Part shown: positions 39,217 through 49,792 of the stretch, piece by piece
How the letters are laid out: each line of letters starts with the position of its first letter
Position numbering within the stretch: the first letter of the stretch is position 1
NCBI GenBank assembly: GCA_963810275.1
Contig: CAWENF010000014.1
Location: 113,578 to 177,577, forward strand
DNA from: an uncultured archaeon
GTDB lineage: Archaea > Thermoproteota > Bathyarchaeia > Bathyarchaeales > Bathycorpusculaceae
Reading direction: 5' to 3'
Length of the DNA stretch: 64,000 bases
Made by a program: the position numbers and the translations under genes
Notes under the pieces: generated by a model
What the model was told of the DNA's origin: nothing
Seen by the model: only the letters and a program-made list of their open reading frames with translations
Database searches by the model: none

Positions 39217-40275
39217 AAACTATCCTCTTAAAAATTAACCCACAGAACCCTGATTTGGAAGTGATTAAGCGAGCAGCAGACATTATCCGCAGTGGAGGCT
39301 TGGTTGCGTTTCCGACTGAGACTGTTTACGGACTTGGCACTGACGCTTTTAACGGCGATGCTGTGCACAGATTGTTTGAGGCTAAGAAGCGGCCGCTAGA
39401 TAATCCGCCCATCGTGCACGTTGCGGTTGCCTCGGACGTTTCAACTTTAGCCGCAGAAGTGCCCCCTAAGGCGGAGATTCTTATAAGGAGGTTCTGGCCC
39501 GGTCCACTGACGCTGGTTTTCAAACGCTCGCCTCAAGTGCCCAAGGAGTCCACTGCTGGCCTAGATACCATAGCTGTTCGTATGCCCAACCACAAAGTCG
39601 CCCAAGCCTTAATCCTACAAGCTGAACGCCCGCTAGCAGCACCCAGTGCAAACCTCTCAGGCAAACCCAGCCCCACAACAGCCCAGCACGTCCTAGAGGA
39701 CCTTGACGGAAGAATAGACGCAATCATAGACGGCGGAGCCGCAGACATAGGCGTGGAATCAACTGTGGTTGACTTAAGCCAAACTCCTCCGATTCTGCTG
39801 CGTCCAGGCGGAACACCCTACGAGGCACTAAAAGCTTTGGTGCCAGAATTGGTGTTGCATCCATTTGTGAAGTCCAAAGTCCAGCTATCCATGGATAAAG
39901 CGCATTCGCCGGGCATGAAGCACAAACATTACGCTCCCCGTGCTGAGGTGATTTTGGTTGAGGGTTCAGTTCAGTGTATAATTGAGAAAATCAGGACGTT
40001 GAACGAAGAGTACAAGGCAGAAGGTACTAAGGTTGCGATTTTATGCACCGACGAAACCCGTTCAGCCTACACAGCAGACAGCGTGGAGTCTATGGGTAGC
40101 CGCCGTAACCTCGCCTTAGTGGCTCAAAACCTATTCAGGCTTCTGCGCGAAGTGGACGCACAAGGCGTTGATGTAATCCTTGCCGAGGCAGTGCCCGAAG
40201 AAGGGGTAGGATTAGCCATCATGAACAGACTAACGCAAAGCCAGCGGATACCACATCATGAGAGCCGACGCTTAG
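39213..40275 (+). CDS. sua5: threonylcarbamoyl-AMP synthase Sua5 (frameshift in last codons)
   Basis: 'FPTETVYGL', 'KKRPLDNP', 'PSANLSG', 'SPGMKHKHYAP'; natural end 'RLRKASGY..' reads in a shifted frame to TAG 40273-40275. Confidence 0.93.
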
Positions 40276-41171
40276 TTATGAAGGGTTGAGAGCAGTTTTT
40301 CAATTTCGATTTTCGCCACTCCAATAACGCTATCTGCCGCTCCATAGTAAACGAAAAGTTGCTTACCGATAACTACGTTACCGCAGCTGAAAACCACATT
40401 AGGAACTTTACCGAAACGTTCATAGTCCCGCTTGGGCGACAACACAGGCCTCCTTGAACGGTACAGCACACGCTCAGGGTTCTCAATATCCAAGAAAACG
40501 ATACCCAAAGAGTAAAGCCGATCTACATTGACGCCGTGGTAAATCACCATCCAGTAATCATTCATCTTTATGGGTGTACCTGCAACCCCGATTTTCGAGT
40601 TATCCCAACCCGTAACTCGAGGAGCCATTACTGAGCGGATGTCACACCAATGCTCCAAGTCATCCGAAAACGCAATGCAAAGATCAGGTTCAATACGGTG
40701 CAGCATCGCATATCTGCCTCCAATTTTTTCGGGAAAAAGCACAGCATCCTTGTTTCGAATACCAGGAAATGGTAAATTACTTTGACTCCAACGCCATCGC
40801 CTAGCCAAGAAATCCGTGACTTTTATGGTTGTTAGAGCAATTTGGTAAACCTGCACGTGACTATACTCGCGAAGCGCCGTATAACCCATAACGAGTTCAT
40901 CACCAATTTGCGTGATGCGGGGATCTTCGCATCCATCTAGTTCATGGCGGCCTCTAGGTTCATAGATTGGTTCAGGAAGACGCTCGTCAATATGGATGCC
41001 ATCGGTGGAAGTTGCATAGCCAATTCTTGAAATACTGTCATCGCCCATGGCGCGGTACAGTAGATGCACTTTGCCCTCTAAGTAAATAGCTGCAGGGTTG
41101 AATACTTCTCTTGACTCCCAAGGATGCGCCATTACTGGACGCATTATGGGGTTGCCTACGTAGCGTTCCAT
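40272..41171 (-). CDS. GH130 beta-mannoside phosphorylase-like protein (copy A)
   Basis: 'VFNPAA', 'YRA', 'GCEDPRI', 'RNKD', 'LHRI', 'SKIG', 'YHGV', 'VPNVVFSCG', 'YYGAAD'. Confidence 0.88.
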   Translation of the reverse strand: MERYVGNPIMRPVMAHPWESREVFNPAAIYLEGKVHLLYRAMGDDSISRIGYATSTDGIHIDERLPEPIYEPRGRHELDGCEDPRITQIGDELVMGYTALREYSHVQVYQIALTTIKVTDFLARRWRWSQSNLPFPGIRNKDAVLFPEKIGGRYAMLHRIEPDLCIAFSDDLEHWCDIRSVMAPRVTGWDNSKIGVAGTPIKMNDYWMVIYHGVNVDRLYSLGIVFLDIENPERVLYRSRRPVLSPKRDYERFGKVPNVVFSCGNVVIGKQLFVYYGAADSVIGVAKIEIEKLLSTLHN

Positions 41172-41180
41172 TGTTAATCC

Positions 41181-41594
41181 CTAGGTTGCACTTGCAGTAG
41201 GTGTTTTGATGCCTAAAATTTCGTCAAAAAAGCCGCGTATTGAAAATAAGCCGATTAATTTGCCTGTTTCGTCAGTTACTGGCAGGTGTCGGACGTTGTG
41301 GCTGAGTATGAGACGTTTAGCTTCGTCGTAGGAGGATTCCAGCGAGATTGTTACAACATGGCGACTCATACAGCTGCCTAAAGATTTAGCCATATCGAAG
41401 TCATTAGACACCAATCGTATAGCGTCACGTTCAGTGAATATGCCTATTACTTTACACTCGTCATCCACAATTATAATTGACCCCACATGGCGTTCGTCTA
41501 AGAGCTTCACAGCATCTTTAACGGACAGGTTCTCTTTAGATGTGATTATCTTTTTGCACATGATGTTTTTCATTTTAAGCATAGGTTCACACAA
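41181..41594 (-). CDS. stand-alone tandem CBS-domain protein
   Basis: 'VGSIIIVD....IGIFTERD', 'VRHLPVTD..GKLIGL'. Confidence 0.88.
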   Translation of the reverse strand: MCEPMLKMKNIMCKKIITSKENLSVKDAVKLLDERHVGSIIIVDDECKVIGIFTERDAIRLVSNDFDMAKSLGSCMSRHVVTISLESSYDEAKRLILSHNVRHLPVTDETGKLIGLFSIRGFFDEILGIKTPTASAT

Positions 41595-41648
41595 AAAACT
41601 AACCCTCCAAAAAATAATATACTATAAATTATTATTGTGAATCGATGT

Positions 41649-42714
41649 TTAAATTCTCTTCTGACCCAACTTCCCGTGACGAGCCTCCTCCAAGCGCAAC
41701 CGCGCTAGCAGGTAACACACCGTCGACTCCGCACCCTGATTAAGGTTAACTTTTTCTTCGGATAACCCATCGTGGCAGCCTGCAGTATTGGAGTTATATA
41801 TTTCCAGTCTGGGATTGTTTTTTGCCAAGATACCAGCCGAAAATGTCCTCGGCAGCTTGTATGTAACGTTCGTCCCGAGTTGCAGTGTAGCTTCTATGAG
41901 GCATCCACCATAGCGGAGGCTTCGATGGGCTGCTGATCAAACAAAGTCCGTTCACCATCGCGTCGGAACCAGCCTGCGTTGCCTATGGGTGCAAAAACAC
42001 CGTTAATCATCTGGGTTTCAAGCAGAAAAGCCATCGAGTCCTGTGCAGTTGCCAAAAACGCGGGTTTCCCCGTCAAGATATAAGCGGCGAAGAGCCCCTG
42101 TGGCAGGCGAGCGTTATCATAGGTTAAGTAGGGCTCAGACCATCGCCACCCCTGCTTAAATTCATCACTTGAAATGATCTACCAAAACGTCCCCAAGTTT
42201 AGAAGCGTCATCGCGCAGTTCCGCCTGAGGTATCGCAGTGCAGTATTCTTTTATCCCTGAGAGGGCGGCGGCAATCATGCGGAGGTGTGCGGTGTTAAAA
42301 ACTTTGGGTAATCCCTTTAGGAAGATGTCCTGTGGCGACTAATCGCAGTTCCATGGGTAAATCCGAATTCACTGTGCAGCCGCACCCCCAAAGTGTCCGT
42401 CCCGCTGCGTCTTCGGAGCCGTCAACATCTAGGAACTGCCGTTGGTATAGCCTAGATAGTTGTGGAAGTTTCCGTCGGGTTTCTGCATGTAATTAAGAAA
42501 AGCAAGATAAGTTTGCGCAAGTTTCTCAGATTCGGCGTCGTGTTTTAGTCGGTGATGTTTGGCTACGGTGATAAGTGCGCGGGCGTTGTCGTCAGATGTG
42601 TAGCCTTCACCACGTTTAGGTATGCAGTGTGTAGCGTGTTGGAACAAGTCTGTGTCATCAGTTAAACGTTTGAGATGATCAAGTTTTATTGGAGGAAGTT
42701 GGATGGCATAGTCA
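41649..42714 (-). pseudogene. GT4-associated (alpha/alpha)6-type domain protein, multiply frameshifted (possibly assembly errors)
   Basis: 'LPPIKLDHLKRLTDD..LFQHA', 'GYTSDDNARAL', 'LTYDNARLPQ', 'PIGNAGW', 'FDQQPIEA', 'CHDGL', 'NLNQGAEST' spread over several frames. Confidence 0.8.
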
Positions 42715-43911
42715 TCTCCGATTGCTTATTACGTCATCAAACAGCGCAAGGTACTTTCTGGCGGTATTGGGCCAAGTGAAACCGCGGCTATACTGGTAGG
42801 CGTTGCGTTCCACTATGCGCCTCAAACTGCGCTTCTCAATAAGCTCACCTACTTTTTCAGCAATGGACTCAGAGTCATTAAAGCGAATAAATACTCCTCT
42901 GCCTTCAGCCAAAGCTTCCTTCGCATGTAAGTAAGGCGTAGAAACCACGGCTTTGCCAGCTGCCAACGCATATGACAACGTGCCACTACTAACCTGGTTA
43001 GGTGACAGGTAAGGCGTGATGTAAACGTCAGTGGCTTGCAAGTAATTATATAACTCGGGTTTGGAGAGGAACCGATTAAGAAAACGAACATGTCTCTGTA
43101 GCCTTAAATCTTTCACCATTCCATGAAGCATGTTTCTGTATTCTTCGCTGTCACTACGTTTAACCTGCGGATGTGTTACCCCTAACACGTAGTAGACGAG
43201 TCGGGGTTCACGCTGGACAAGCTCAGGCAAAGCTGCAATTACGTTCTCGATTCCTTTACCGCGGCTCAGCAACCCGAAAGTCGAGAGCACAACCTTGCCG
43301 TCTAAACCCAATTGTGACTTTGCCGAGTCGCTATCGACAAGCGGCAGATCAGGACAGCCATGCGGAATAACCCGTACCTTCCAAGACGGCAAATTGTAAT
43401 TGTTCAATAAGAGTTCACGAGCAGAATGGTTAAGCACCACTAAAGCTGTGCTTTTCTCTGTGACGCGGTGGAAAACCTCCTTGGTTTTACCTTCAAAGTT
43501 CGGTAGCACTGTATGCATTGTTGTTACGACGGGCTTGTTAAGCCTTTCAAGAAAACTACATATGTATTCACCTGATTCGCCTCCGAAAATGCCGAATTCA
43601 TGCTGTACGTTAACTACTTCTACTTGGGTACGATTTAAAAAATCAGCCATCAATACATAGTCCTCTTCATAGTCACGTCCGATTTTATGTTCGAAGCCTT
43701 TGTGTGGAGGGCGAAAAAGGCGGCGTCCATCTACGGATATCACGGTTTGGCTTTGAAGCTGGTTAAGCTGGGCGACTGCTCCTACTAGGTCGGCAGTGAA
43801 AGTCGCTATACCGCATTTTCGTGGCGGAAAAGTGCTCACATAAGCAACCTCTTTAGTAATAGCTAATGTAAAAGGGTGCGTAACAGTGTTTGCCAACGAT
43901 AATTCACGCAT
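42712..43911 (-). CDS. GT4 glycosyltransferase ('PPRxCGIATF' subfamily)
   Basis: 'STFPPRKCGIATFT', 'QHEFGIFGG', 'IPHG', 'TFGLLSRGKGIE', 'THP', 'SSGTLSYA'. Confidence 0.9.
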   Translation of the reverse strand: MRELSLANTVTHPFTLAITKEVAYVSTFPPRKCGIATFTADLVGAVAQLNQLQSQTVISVDGRRLFRPPHKGFEHKIGRDYEEDYVLMADFLNRTQVEVVNVQHEFGIFGGESGEYICSFLERLNKPVVTTMHTVLPNFEGKTKEVFHRVTEKSTALVVLNHSARELLLNNYNLPSWKVRVIPHGCPDLPLVDSDSAKSQLGLDGKVVLSTFGLLSRGKGIENVIAALPELVQREPRLVYYVLGVTHPQVKRSDSEEYRNMLHGMVKDLRLQRHVRFLNRFLSKPELYNYLQATDVYITPYLSPNQVSSGTLSYALAAGKAVVSTPYLHAKEALAEGRGVFIRFNDSESIAEKVGELIEKRSLRRIVERNAYQYSRGFTWPNTARKYLALFDDVISNRR

Positions 43912-44045
43912 ACATTTGAGGTTTTAATGTGTTTAAGCCCATGTGATTGTGCAGCAGCAACAACACAGGTATTTTGCATCGGTAACTCGCCACATTGTTT
44001 ATATTTAGCCTCGAAGAAGTGCCTCGGAGGAAGAGGGAAGGGAAA

Positions 44046-44939
44046 ATGAAGAGATTCAAACAGAATCCCATACTGGAACCTTTAAAAGAAAACAATTGGG
44101 AATCCAAATGTGTTTTCAACGCAGCAGCCATATCAACCAATGGCATGATACACATAGTTTACCGCGCCATGGGAGATGACAATGTATCACGATTGGGCTA
44201 CGCCACTTCAGCTGACGGATTTACCATAAAAGAACGATTCGACACGCCCATCTTTAGCCCAGTTAACCATGCTGAGCTAAGCGGATGTGAAGACCCACGA
44301 CTAACATTAGTCGATGATCAACTGCTTATGGCATACACAGCATACCGAAACCACGACTTCCCAGTTATATATCAAATCTCCTTAACAGCCATAAACCTAG
44401 AAGACTTTAACAATCGAAAATGGAACTGGAAAGAACGCACTCTACCGTTCCCAAATGTCCGCAATAAAGATGCTGTAATCCTACCTAGTAAAGTAAACGG
44501 AAAATATTTGATGTTCCATCGTGTAGAACCCAGCATCTGCATTTCCTACTCGGATGATCTAAAACGTTGGTATGATTTCAAATCCATCATGGAACCAAGG
44601 GGCAATATGTGGGATAGCCAAAAAATCGGTGCCGCAGGTACCCCAATTGAACTCAATGAAGGTTACCTCTTTATCTACCATGGCGTAGACGAACGCAAAC
44701 ATTATTCGCTTGGAGCGGCATTATTGGACAAGAGCAACCCAGAGAAGGTTTTATATCGAAGCGAGAAGCCGATCTTGACACCAAGCGAACAGTATGAATG
44801 TGTAGGCGACGTACCTAACGTGGTTTTCAGCTGCGGTAACGTTCAACTAGATGACCAAGTCATCGTCTACTATGGCGGAGCAGATAAAGTTCTCTGCGGA
44901 GCAAGCTTTGAACTAAATGAACTTCTGCCCAAGAAGTAA
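44046..44939 (+). CDS. GH130 beta-mannoside phosphorylase-like protein (copy B)
   Basis: 'VFNAAA', 'GCEDPRL', 'RNKD', 'FHRV', 'QKIG', 'YHGV', 'VPNVVFSCG'; likely ATG at 44046. Confidence 0.88.
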   Translation: MKRFKQNPILEPLKENNWESKCVFNAAAISTNGMIHIVYRAMGDDNVSRLGYATSADGFTIKERFDTPIFSPVNHAELSGCEDPRLTLVDDQLLMAYTAYRNHDFPVIYQISLTAINLEDFNNRKWNWKERTLPFPNVRNKDAVILPSKVNGKYLMFHRVEPSICISYSDDLKRWYDFKSIMEPRGNMWDSQKIGAAGTPIELNEGYLFIYHGVDERKHYSLGAALLDKSNPEKVLYRSEKPILTPSEQYECVGDVPNVVFSCGNVQLDDQVIVYYGGADKVLCGASFELNELLPKK

Positions 44940-45133
44940 CCTCACAAGAGGTTTAAGCGCTTTCTTATTTTTTCCTCATTTAATGTAGGCACTTTTTTGT
45001 AGTCACATATTCTTAAATCGCCGTAAAATAGAATTTAGGTGGTAGCGCCGTCAAAAATTTATGTTGACAAAAATGCAGTCAGGATAACACTATTTTTGGT
45101 TTAACAGTTGTCTGCTGATAGGAAAGTGAAGTT

Positions 45134-45652
45134 ATGGCTAAAACTGATAGAGACCAAGCCAGACCCAGACATTCTAAACTGGACTTCACAGAAGACTTAA
45201 TACCCAAATTGAAGCAAATCACAAAGCAACAGACAGAAACGGATGAAAAGGAACCTTCTCAGCTTGCAGGAAGAATATCAGGAACAATGGAGGATTTAGA
45301 GAGACTTCAAAGCACTGAGATGGCGGCAACTGATGAAGTTAAAGCATGTATAAAGGATTCGCTTGAGTGCTTCCAAAATTGCACAAAAACCTCCCGCCAA
45401 TGCATCTCAAGAGGAGGGAAATATGTCGAGACAAAAACCATTAAGTTGCTTATGGATTGTGCAAAAATTTGCAACGTCAACGCAGACTTCATGCTTCGCG
45501 ATTCAACCTACTACCCGCAAATCTGCGGTTTAGCAGCGGACATATGTGATGAATGTTCAGATAACTGCGACCGATTTGATGAACCGTTCATGCGGGAATG
45601 TGCCGGGATTTGTAGACGTTGTTCAGAGTCATGCCGGGAAATGGCAAGATAG
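45134..45652 (+). CDS. Cys-rich four-helix-bundle copper-storage protein (DUF326/Csp3/YhjQ-like) with N-terminal extension
   Basis: 14 Cys in CxxxC/CxxC helices, e.g. 'DCAKIC', 'ICDECSDNC', 'ECAGICRRCSESC'; no signal peptide. Confidence 0.85.
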   Translation: MAKTDRDQARPRHSKLDFTEDLIPKLKQITKQQTETDEKEPSQLAGRISGTMEDLERLQSTEMAATDEVKACIKDSLECFQNCTKTSRQCISRGGKYVETKTIKLLMDCAKICNVNADFMLRDSTYYPQICGLAADICDECSDNCDRFDEPFMRECAGICRRCSESCREMAR

Positions 45653-45805
45653 GTCTTGCCTTTCGTTTACGGTCATAACGATTGTTGATTGCATACATTG
45701 AGACGGTTAATTAATAGCTTTGGAATTAAGAAAAACTTATATTTCAAGCTTTAATTGTTGAATTCCAGCTTATACTTTAAAGCAACTCTAAGATTGGTGA
45801 AAATT

Positions 45806-47488
45806 ATGTCACAAGGTGGAGCAGGAAACATCCCCATTCTAGTATTAAAAGAAGGCACAGGAAGAAGCACTGGCCGTGAAGCTCAAAGAAACAACATTAT
45901 GGCGGCAAAAATTGTTGCTGAATCAGTTAAAACCACGCTGGGTCCATGCGGTATGGATAAGATGCTGGTTAACAGCATGGGAGACGTCGCCATAACGAAC
46001 GACGGAGCAACCATTATGAAGGAACTTGACGTTCAGCACCCCGCAGCGAAAATGCTGGTGGAAGTCGCCAAAGCACAGGACAACGAAGTCGGCGACGGAA
46101 CCACAACCGCAGTCATACTCGCCGGCGAACTTCTCGCAAAAGCAGAAGCACTGCTGGACAAAAACGTCCACCCAACAGTCATAATCGAAGGCTACAAGAA
46201 AGCAAGCGAGAAAGCACAGGAAATCCTACAAGCCATCTCTTTGCCGGTCGCATTTGACAACGAGAAAACCCTCAAGGAAGTCGCAGTTACATCCATCTCA
46301 AGCAAAAGCATTAACGTAGCTGAAGATCACTTCGCTAAAATCATCGTTGACTCTGTTAAGCAGGTGTCTGAGAAAGTTGAAGGCAAATACATAGCAGACA
46401 TCGATTTAATCAAAATCGTCAAGAAACACGGCAAGAGCCTCGATGAAACCGAACTAGTCAAAGGTATGGTACTAGACAAAGAAATCGCCAGCAGCGGCAT
46501 GCCAAAGCTGGTTGACGACGCAAAAATCGCACTACTCAACGCAAAAATTGAAATCGAAAAAACCGAATTCGACGCAAAAATCAACATCGAAAGCCCAGAG
46601 CAGATGAAGATGTTCCTTGACGAAGAAGAGCGCATGCTAAAGGAAATGGTTACATCCATTACCAAATCCGGCGCAAACGTCATCTTCTGCGAAAAAGGCA
46701 TCGACGACATGGCACTTCACTTCTTGGGCAAAGCAGGCATTATCGCAGTCAAAAGCGTCAGCACATCTGACATGGAGAAACTCTCCAAAGCCACAGGCGC
46801 CATGATAGTTGCCTCAGTCAAAGAATTAACCCCAGAAGCATTGGGCAAAGCTAAAAGGGTTGAAGAGGTTAAAATCGGCGACGACAAACTTCTCTACATC
46901 CGCGACTGCAAAAATCCCAAAGCAGTAACCATTGTCATCCGCGGCGCATCTGGCCACGTCATCGACGAAGCGGAACGCAGTCTCCACGACGGACTCTGCG
47001 TCGTACGCAATGTCATCGAAGACGGTAAAATAGTTGCAGGCGGCGGCGCACCCGAAGCAGAACTCGCAAAGGGATTGAAAGCTTTCGCCGTTAAAGTTGG
47101 CGGGCGCGAACAGTTGGCAGTAGAAGCGTTTGCTGAAGCAGTTGAAGAAATCCCATTGACCTTGGCAGAGAACGCAGGCTTAGACCCCATAGACGTAATG
47201 GTTGCACTACGCTCTCAACACGAGAAGGCGGACAGCAAAACATTTGGCATCGACGTCACAACAGGCAAAATCATTGATATGTGCCCACTAATGATTGTAG
47301 AGCCACTGCGCGTGAAACAGCAAGTCATCAAGTCAGCCACCGAAGCAACCAATATGATACTGAAAATCGACGATCTAATCAGCATTAAAGGCGGCAAAGG
47401 TCCAGCTATGCCCCCAGGAGGAATGGGCGGCATGGGTGGAATGGGTGGTATGCCCGGCATGGGCGGTATGGGCGGAATGCCTTACTAA
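45806..47488 (+). CDS. ths: thermosome (group II chaperonin) subunit
   Basis: '[10 protein letters not shown]', 'TNDGATI', 'GDGTTT', 'GGGAPE'; GGTGA SD before ATG 45806. Confidence 0.96.
   Translation: MSQGGAGNIPILVLKEGTGRSTGREAQRNNIMAAKIVAESVKTTLGPCGMDKMLVNSMGDVAITNDGATIMKELDVQHPAAKMLVEVAKAQDNEVGDGTTTAVILAGELLAKAEALLDKNVHPTVIIEGYKKASEKAQEILQAISLPVAFDNEKTLKEVAVTSISSKSINVAEDHFAKIIVDSVKQVSEKVEGKYIADIDLIKIVKKHGKSLDETELVKGMVLDKEIASSGMPKLVDDAKIALLNAKIEIEKTEFDAKINIESPEQMKMFLDEEERMLKEMVTSITKSGANVIFCEKGIDDMALHFLGKAGIIAVKSVSTSDMEKLSKATGAMIVASVKELTPEALGKAKRVEEVKIGDDKLLYIRDCKNPKAVTIVIRGASGHVIDEAERSLHDGLCVVRNVIEDGKIVAGGGAPEAELAKGLKAFAVKVGGREQLAVEAFAEAVEEIPLTLAENAGLDPIDVMVALRSQHEKADSKTFGIDVTTGKIIDMCPLMIVEPLRVKQQVIKSATEATNMILKIDDLISIKGGKGPAMPPGGMGGMGGMGGMPGMGGMGGMPY
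47417..47479 (+). repeat. coding GGM tandem repeat of the chaperonin C-terminal tail
   Basis: Degenerate 9-bp repeat encoding [21 protein letters not shown]. Confidence 0.85.
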
Positions 47489-47494
47489 CCCAAA

Positions 47495-47510
47495 ATTTTT
47501 TCCCTTTTTT
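47495..47510 (+). terminator. oligo-T terminator after thermosome
   Basis: TTTTTTTCCCTTTTTT immediately after the stop codon. Confidence 0.5.
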
Positions 47511-47700
47511 AATTTCTGCAGTTAAACGTTGTTGTCGGCTCTTCCAGTTTAATCAAAACCCTCAGCATTTTCCTATTTGGATTTAAGCCTATTCACGTTT
47601 TTTCGACTTGCCCAATATTATAACTCAATTGACATACGGTTGGTTTACCAAAATGGTATTAAAGCAAAACCACCAACTAACAATGTCCCGGAGAATAATC

Positions 47701-48426
47701 GTGAAGCACCTCAAAATATCTGCGTTTGACCTCCCAGATGCGTGGTTCAAAACCCTAAACGCCATCTGGCGCGAGGGCGATACGTTTAATGTGGGGTTTG
47801 GCTCAGAGGAAACTGAAACCAAAAAACTCAACTTAACCATCGAAATAGACCACCCCGAGAACCGCCCCTTAGTAAGCGACAAAGCACCTTGCGACTTCAA
47901 ATACGTGCAGGGCTACGCCTTAGAGTACTTATGGTCTGGAGACTGCGCAGAAACTGAAGTTTACACTTACGGAAGCCGAATTAACAAGCCATTAAACCAA
48001 ATTGACGAAGCTATAAAACGGTATGTGGCGGAGCAACAGGACCGCCAAGTCACCATGGTCATCCGCCGCCCCGAAGACATAGAAAAATATGATAAACAGG
48101 GCAATAAAAGCGAGCCGCCCTGCCTCAGCCTAATTGACACCGAAATCCTCGATAAGCAAATGCACCTAACCTGCTACTTCCGCAGCTGGGACGCATTCGG
48201 CGGCTTACCAGCCAACATCGCTGGCCTGCAACTTTTTAACGAAGCGTTTGTCTCAGAAATCAACGAAAAAGGCAAACTGAACCTTAAAACAGGGAAATTA
48301 ATTTTTCACAGCAAAAACTGCCACATCTACCAGCGCCAATACCCGCTTGTGCAGGAATTGTTGGAGCCTAAAGATAAAGCTACACGGTTAGCTAAAACAC
48401 TTAAGGCAGCGGAGTCTCAGCCGTAG
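47701..48426 (+). CDS. thyA: archaeal thymidylate synthase (ThyA-type); start uncertain
   Basis: 'YTYGSRI', 'PPCL', 'YFRSWDAFGGLPAN', 'HIY'. Confidence 0.85.
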   Translation: MKHLKISAFDLPDAWFKTLNAIWREGDTFNVGFGSEETETKKLNLTIEIDHPENRPLVSDKAPCDFKYVQGYALEYLWSGDCAETEVYTYGSRINKPLNQIDEAIKRYVAEQQDRQVTMVIRRPEDIEKYDKQGNKSEPPCLSLIDTEILDKQMHLTCYFRSWDAFGGLPANIAGLQLFNEAFVSEINEKGKLNLKTGKLIFHSKNCHIYQRQYPLVQELLEPKDKATRLAKTLKAAESQP

Positions 48427-49792
48427 CCGTTTTATCCGTTGGGTACCCAAGTTTTGTCCAAGCAGTCATACCCCCCAAGACGTTAAAGATGTCCTTACAA
48501 CCAGCATTCTCAAGTATGCTTAGAGCGACGCTGCTTCTGTTACCTACAGAGCAAGTTACAGCTAACGGTTTTTCTTTCGGAACCGAAATGGCTTTCTCCG
48601 GCATTTCCATGAAGGGAACCCGAAGTGCTTCTGGGATATAGCCGTCCTCCGTCCATTCGTGCGGCTCTCTCACGTCAATTAAAGTCACTTCGTTTCTGCC
48701 ATACTTTTCCTTCAACTCAGGAACCGACATAATTCCGAAACTACGCAGGGGTTTGCCGGCTTCCTGCCAAGCGTTCATTCCACCGCACAGGTAGCCGTAG
48801 AGATTGTCAAAGCCCAACCTGCAAAGATACGCCTTGAGGATTTGGAGGTCGCCGGGACGTTCCAAAACGCAAAGACAACTCTGAGAGGGCTCCAAAATCC
48901 AGCCCGGGTAGACGCTTGCGCCGTCCAGCCACATACTTAGGGTGTTTGGGATGTGGGCGGCTGCAAAAGCATTGGGAAGTCGGGTGTCAAGAACCGCGAT
49001 GTTTTGCATCTGCATTTGCTCGTCGAACTTGTTAGGGATTAGGGCTTTTGGTTCCACAGCATCCTTTAGCAGCGGAGAACCATTCAGGTTGTACTGTTCC
49101 ATTGTCTTGAAGTACCTGGGCACTACAAGCAGCGTGTTTAGAGATTTCGCTATAAAGCCTTCTTTGTCAAGTTTGAGATAAGGATTGGTTTGTTTCTCAT
49201 AGCCCACGGTGGTGGGTTCTTGCCCCGATATTCCACCTCCGCAAACACTGCCCGAGCCATGTGCAGGATAAACTAGCACGCCGTCGCCTAGCGGTAGCAC
49301 CTTCTCGTGGAGGCTACTGTACAGCTTCTCCGCTTGCTTTCTGTGAGCGTTGGCGCCGTAGAGGTCAGTTCTACCCACGGAGCCCGCGAATAAGGCGTCG
49401 CCTGTGAAAACCATTTGCGCTTCGCCGCCCAAGAATACGGCGTAGCATACGGATTCATTAGTGTGTCCAGGCGTGTAGAGCACCGTGATTTTTGCTGTAC
49501 CGACATTTAGGGTGTCGCCGTCGCAGAAGTTTAGGTCGCCGTACCTGAAGCGCAAGGCGTTGCTGTGTCCGATTTGGGCGCCAGTGAGGCTTTGGAGTTC
49601 AGTTGAGCCTACGACGTAGTCTTCGTTTCGGTGTGTTTCTAAGATGTATTTGATTTTGGCGCAGTCATTCTCCGCTTTCTGGCTGAAGATTTTGATGTCT
49701 CGCCGGGGGTCAATAACTACAGCTTCTCCACCGTCAACTAAGTAGTAGCTGTTGTGGGCTAAACCTTCAGATTTGATTATTTCGACGCGCAT
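48401..49792 (-). CDS. MBL-fold hydrolase (persulfide dioxygenase-like) with two rhodanese domains
   Basis: 'ETHRNEDY', 'TPGHT', 'FTGDALF...GRTDL', 'PAHG'; C-terminal rhodanese 'CSVGNRS'. Confidence 0.88.
   Translation of the reverse strand: MRVEIIKSEGLAHNSYYLVDGGEAVVIDPRRDIKIFSQKAENDCAKIKYILETHRNEDYVVGSTELQSLTGAQIGHSNALRFRYGDLNFCDGDTLNVGTAKITVLYTPGHTNESVCYAVFLGGEAQMVFTGDALFAGSVGRTDLYGANAHRKQAEKLYSSLHEKVLPLGDGVLVYPAHGSGSVCGGGISGQEPTTVGYEKQTNPYLKLDKEGFIAKSLNTLLVVPRYFKTMEQYNLNGSPLLKDAVEPKALIPNKFDEQMQMQNIAVLDTRLPNAFAAAHIPNTLSMWLDGASVYPGWILEPSQSCLCVLERPGDLQILKAYLCRLGFDNLYGYLCGGMNAWQEAGKPLRSFGIMSVPELKEKYGRNEVTLIDVREPHEWTEDGYIPEALRVPFMEMPEKAISVPKEKPLAVTCSVGNRSSVALSILENAGCKDIFNVLGGMTAWTKLGYPTDKTATAETPLP

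Noticed and set aside
47417-47479. Tandem repeat as a possible CRISPR or VNTR
   Set aside because: It is the ordinary coding GGM tail of the chaperonin
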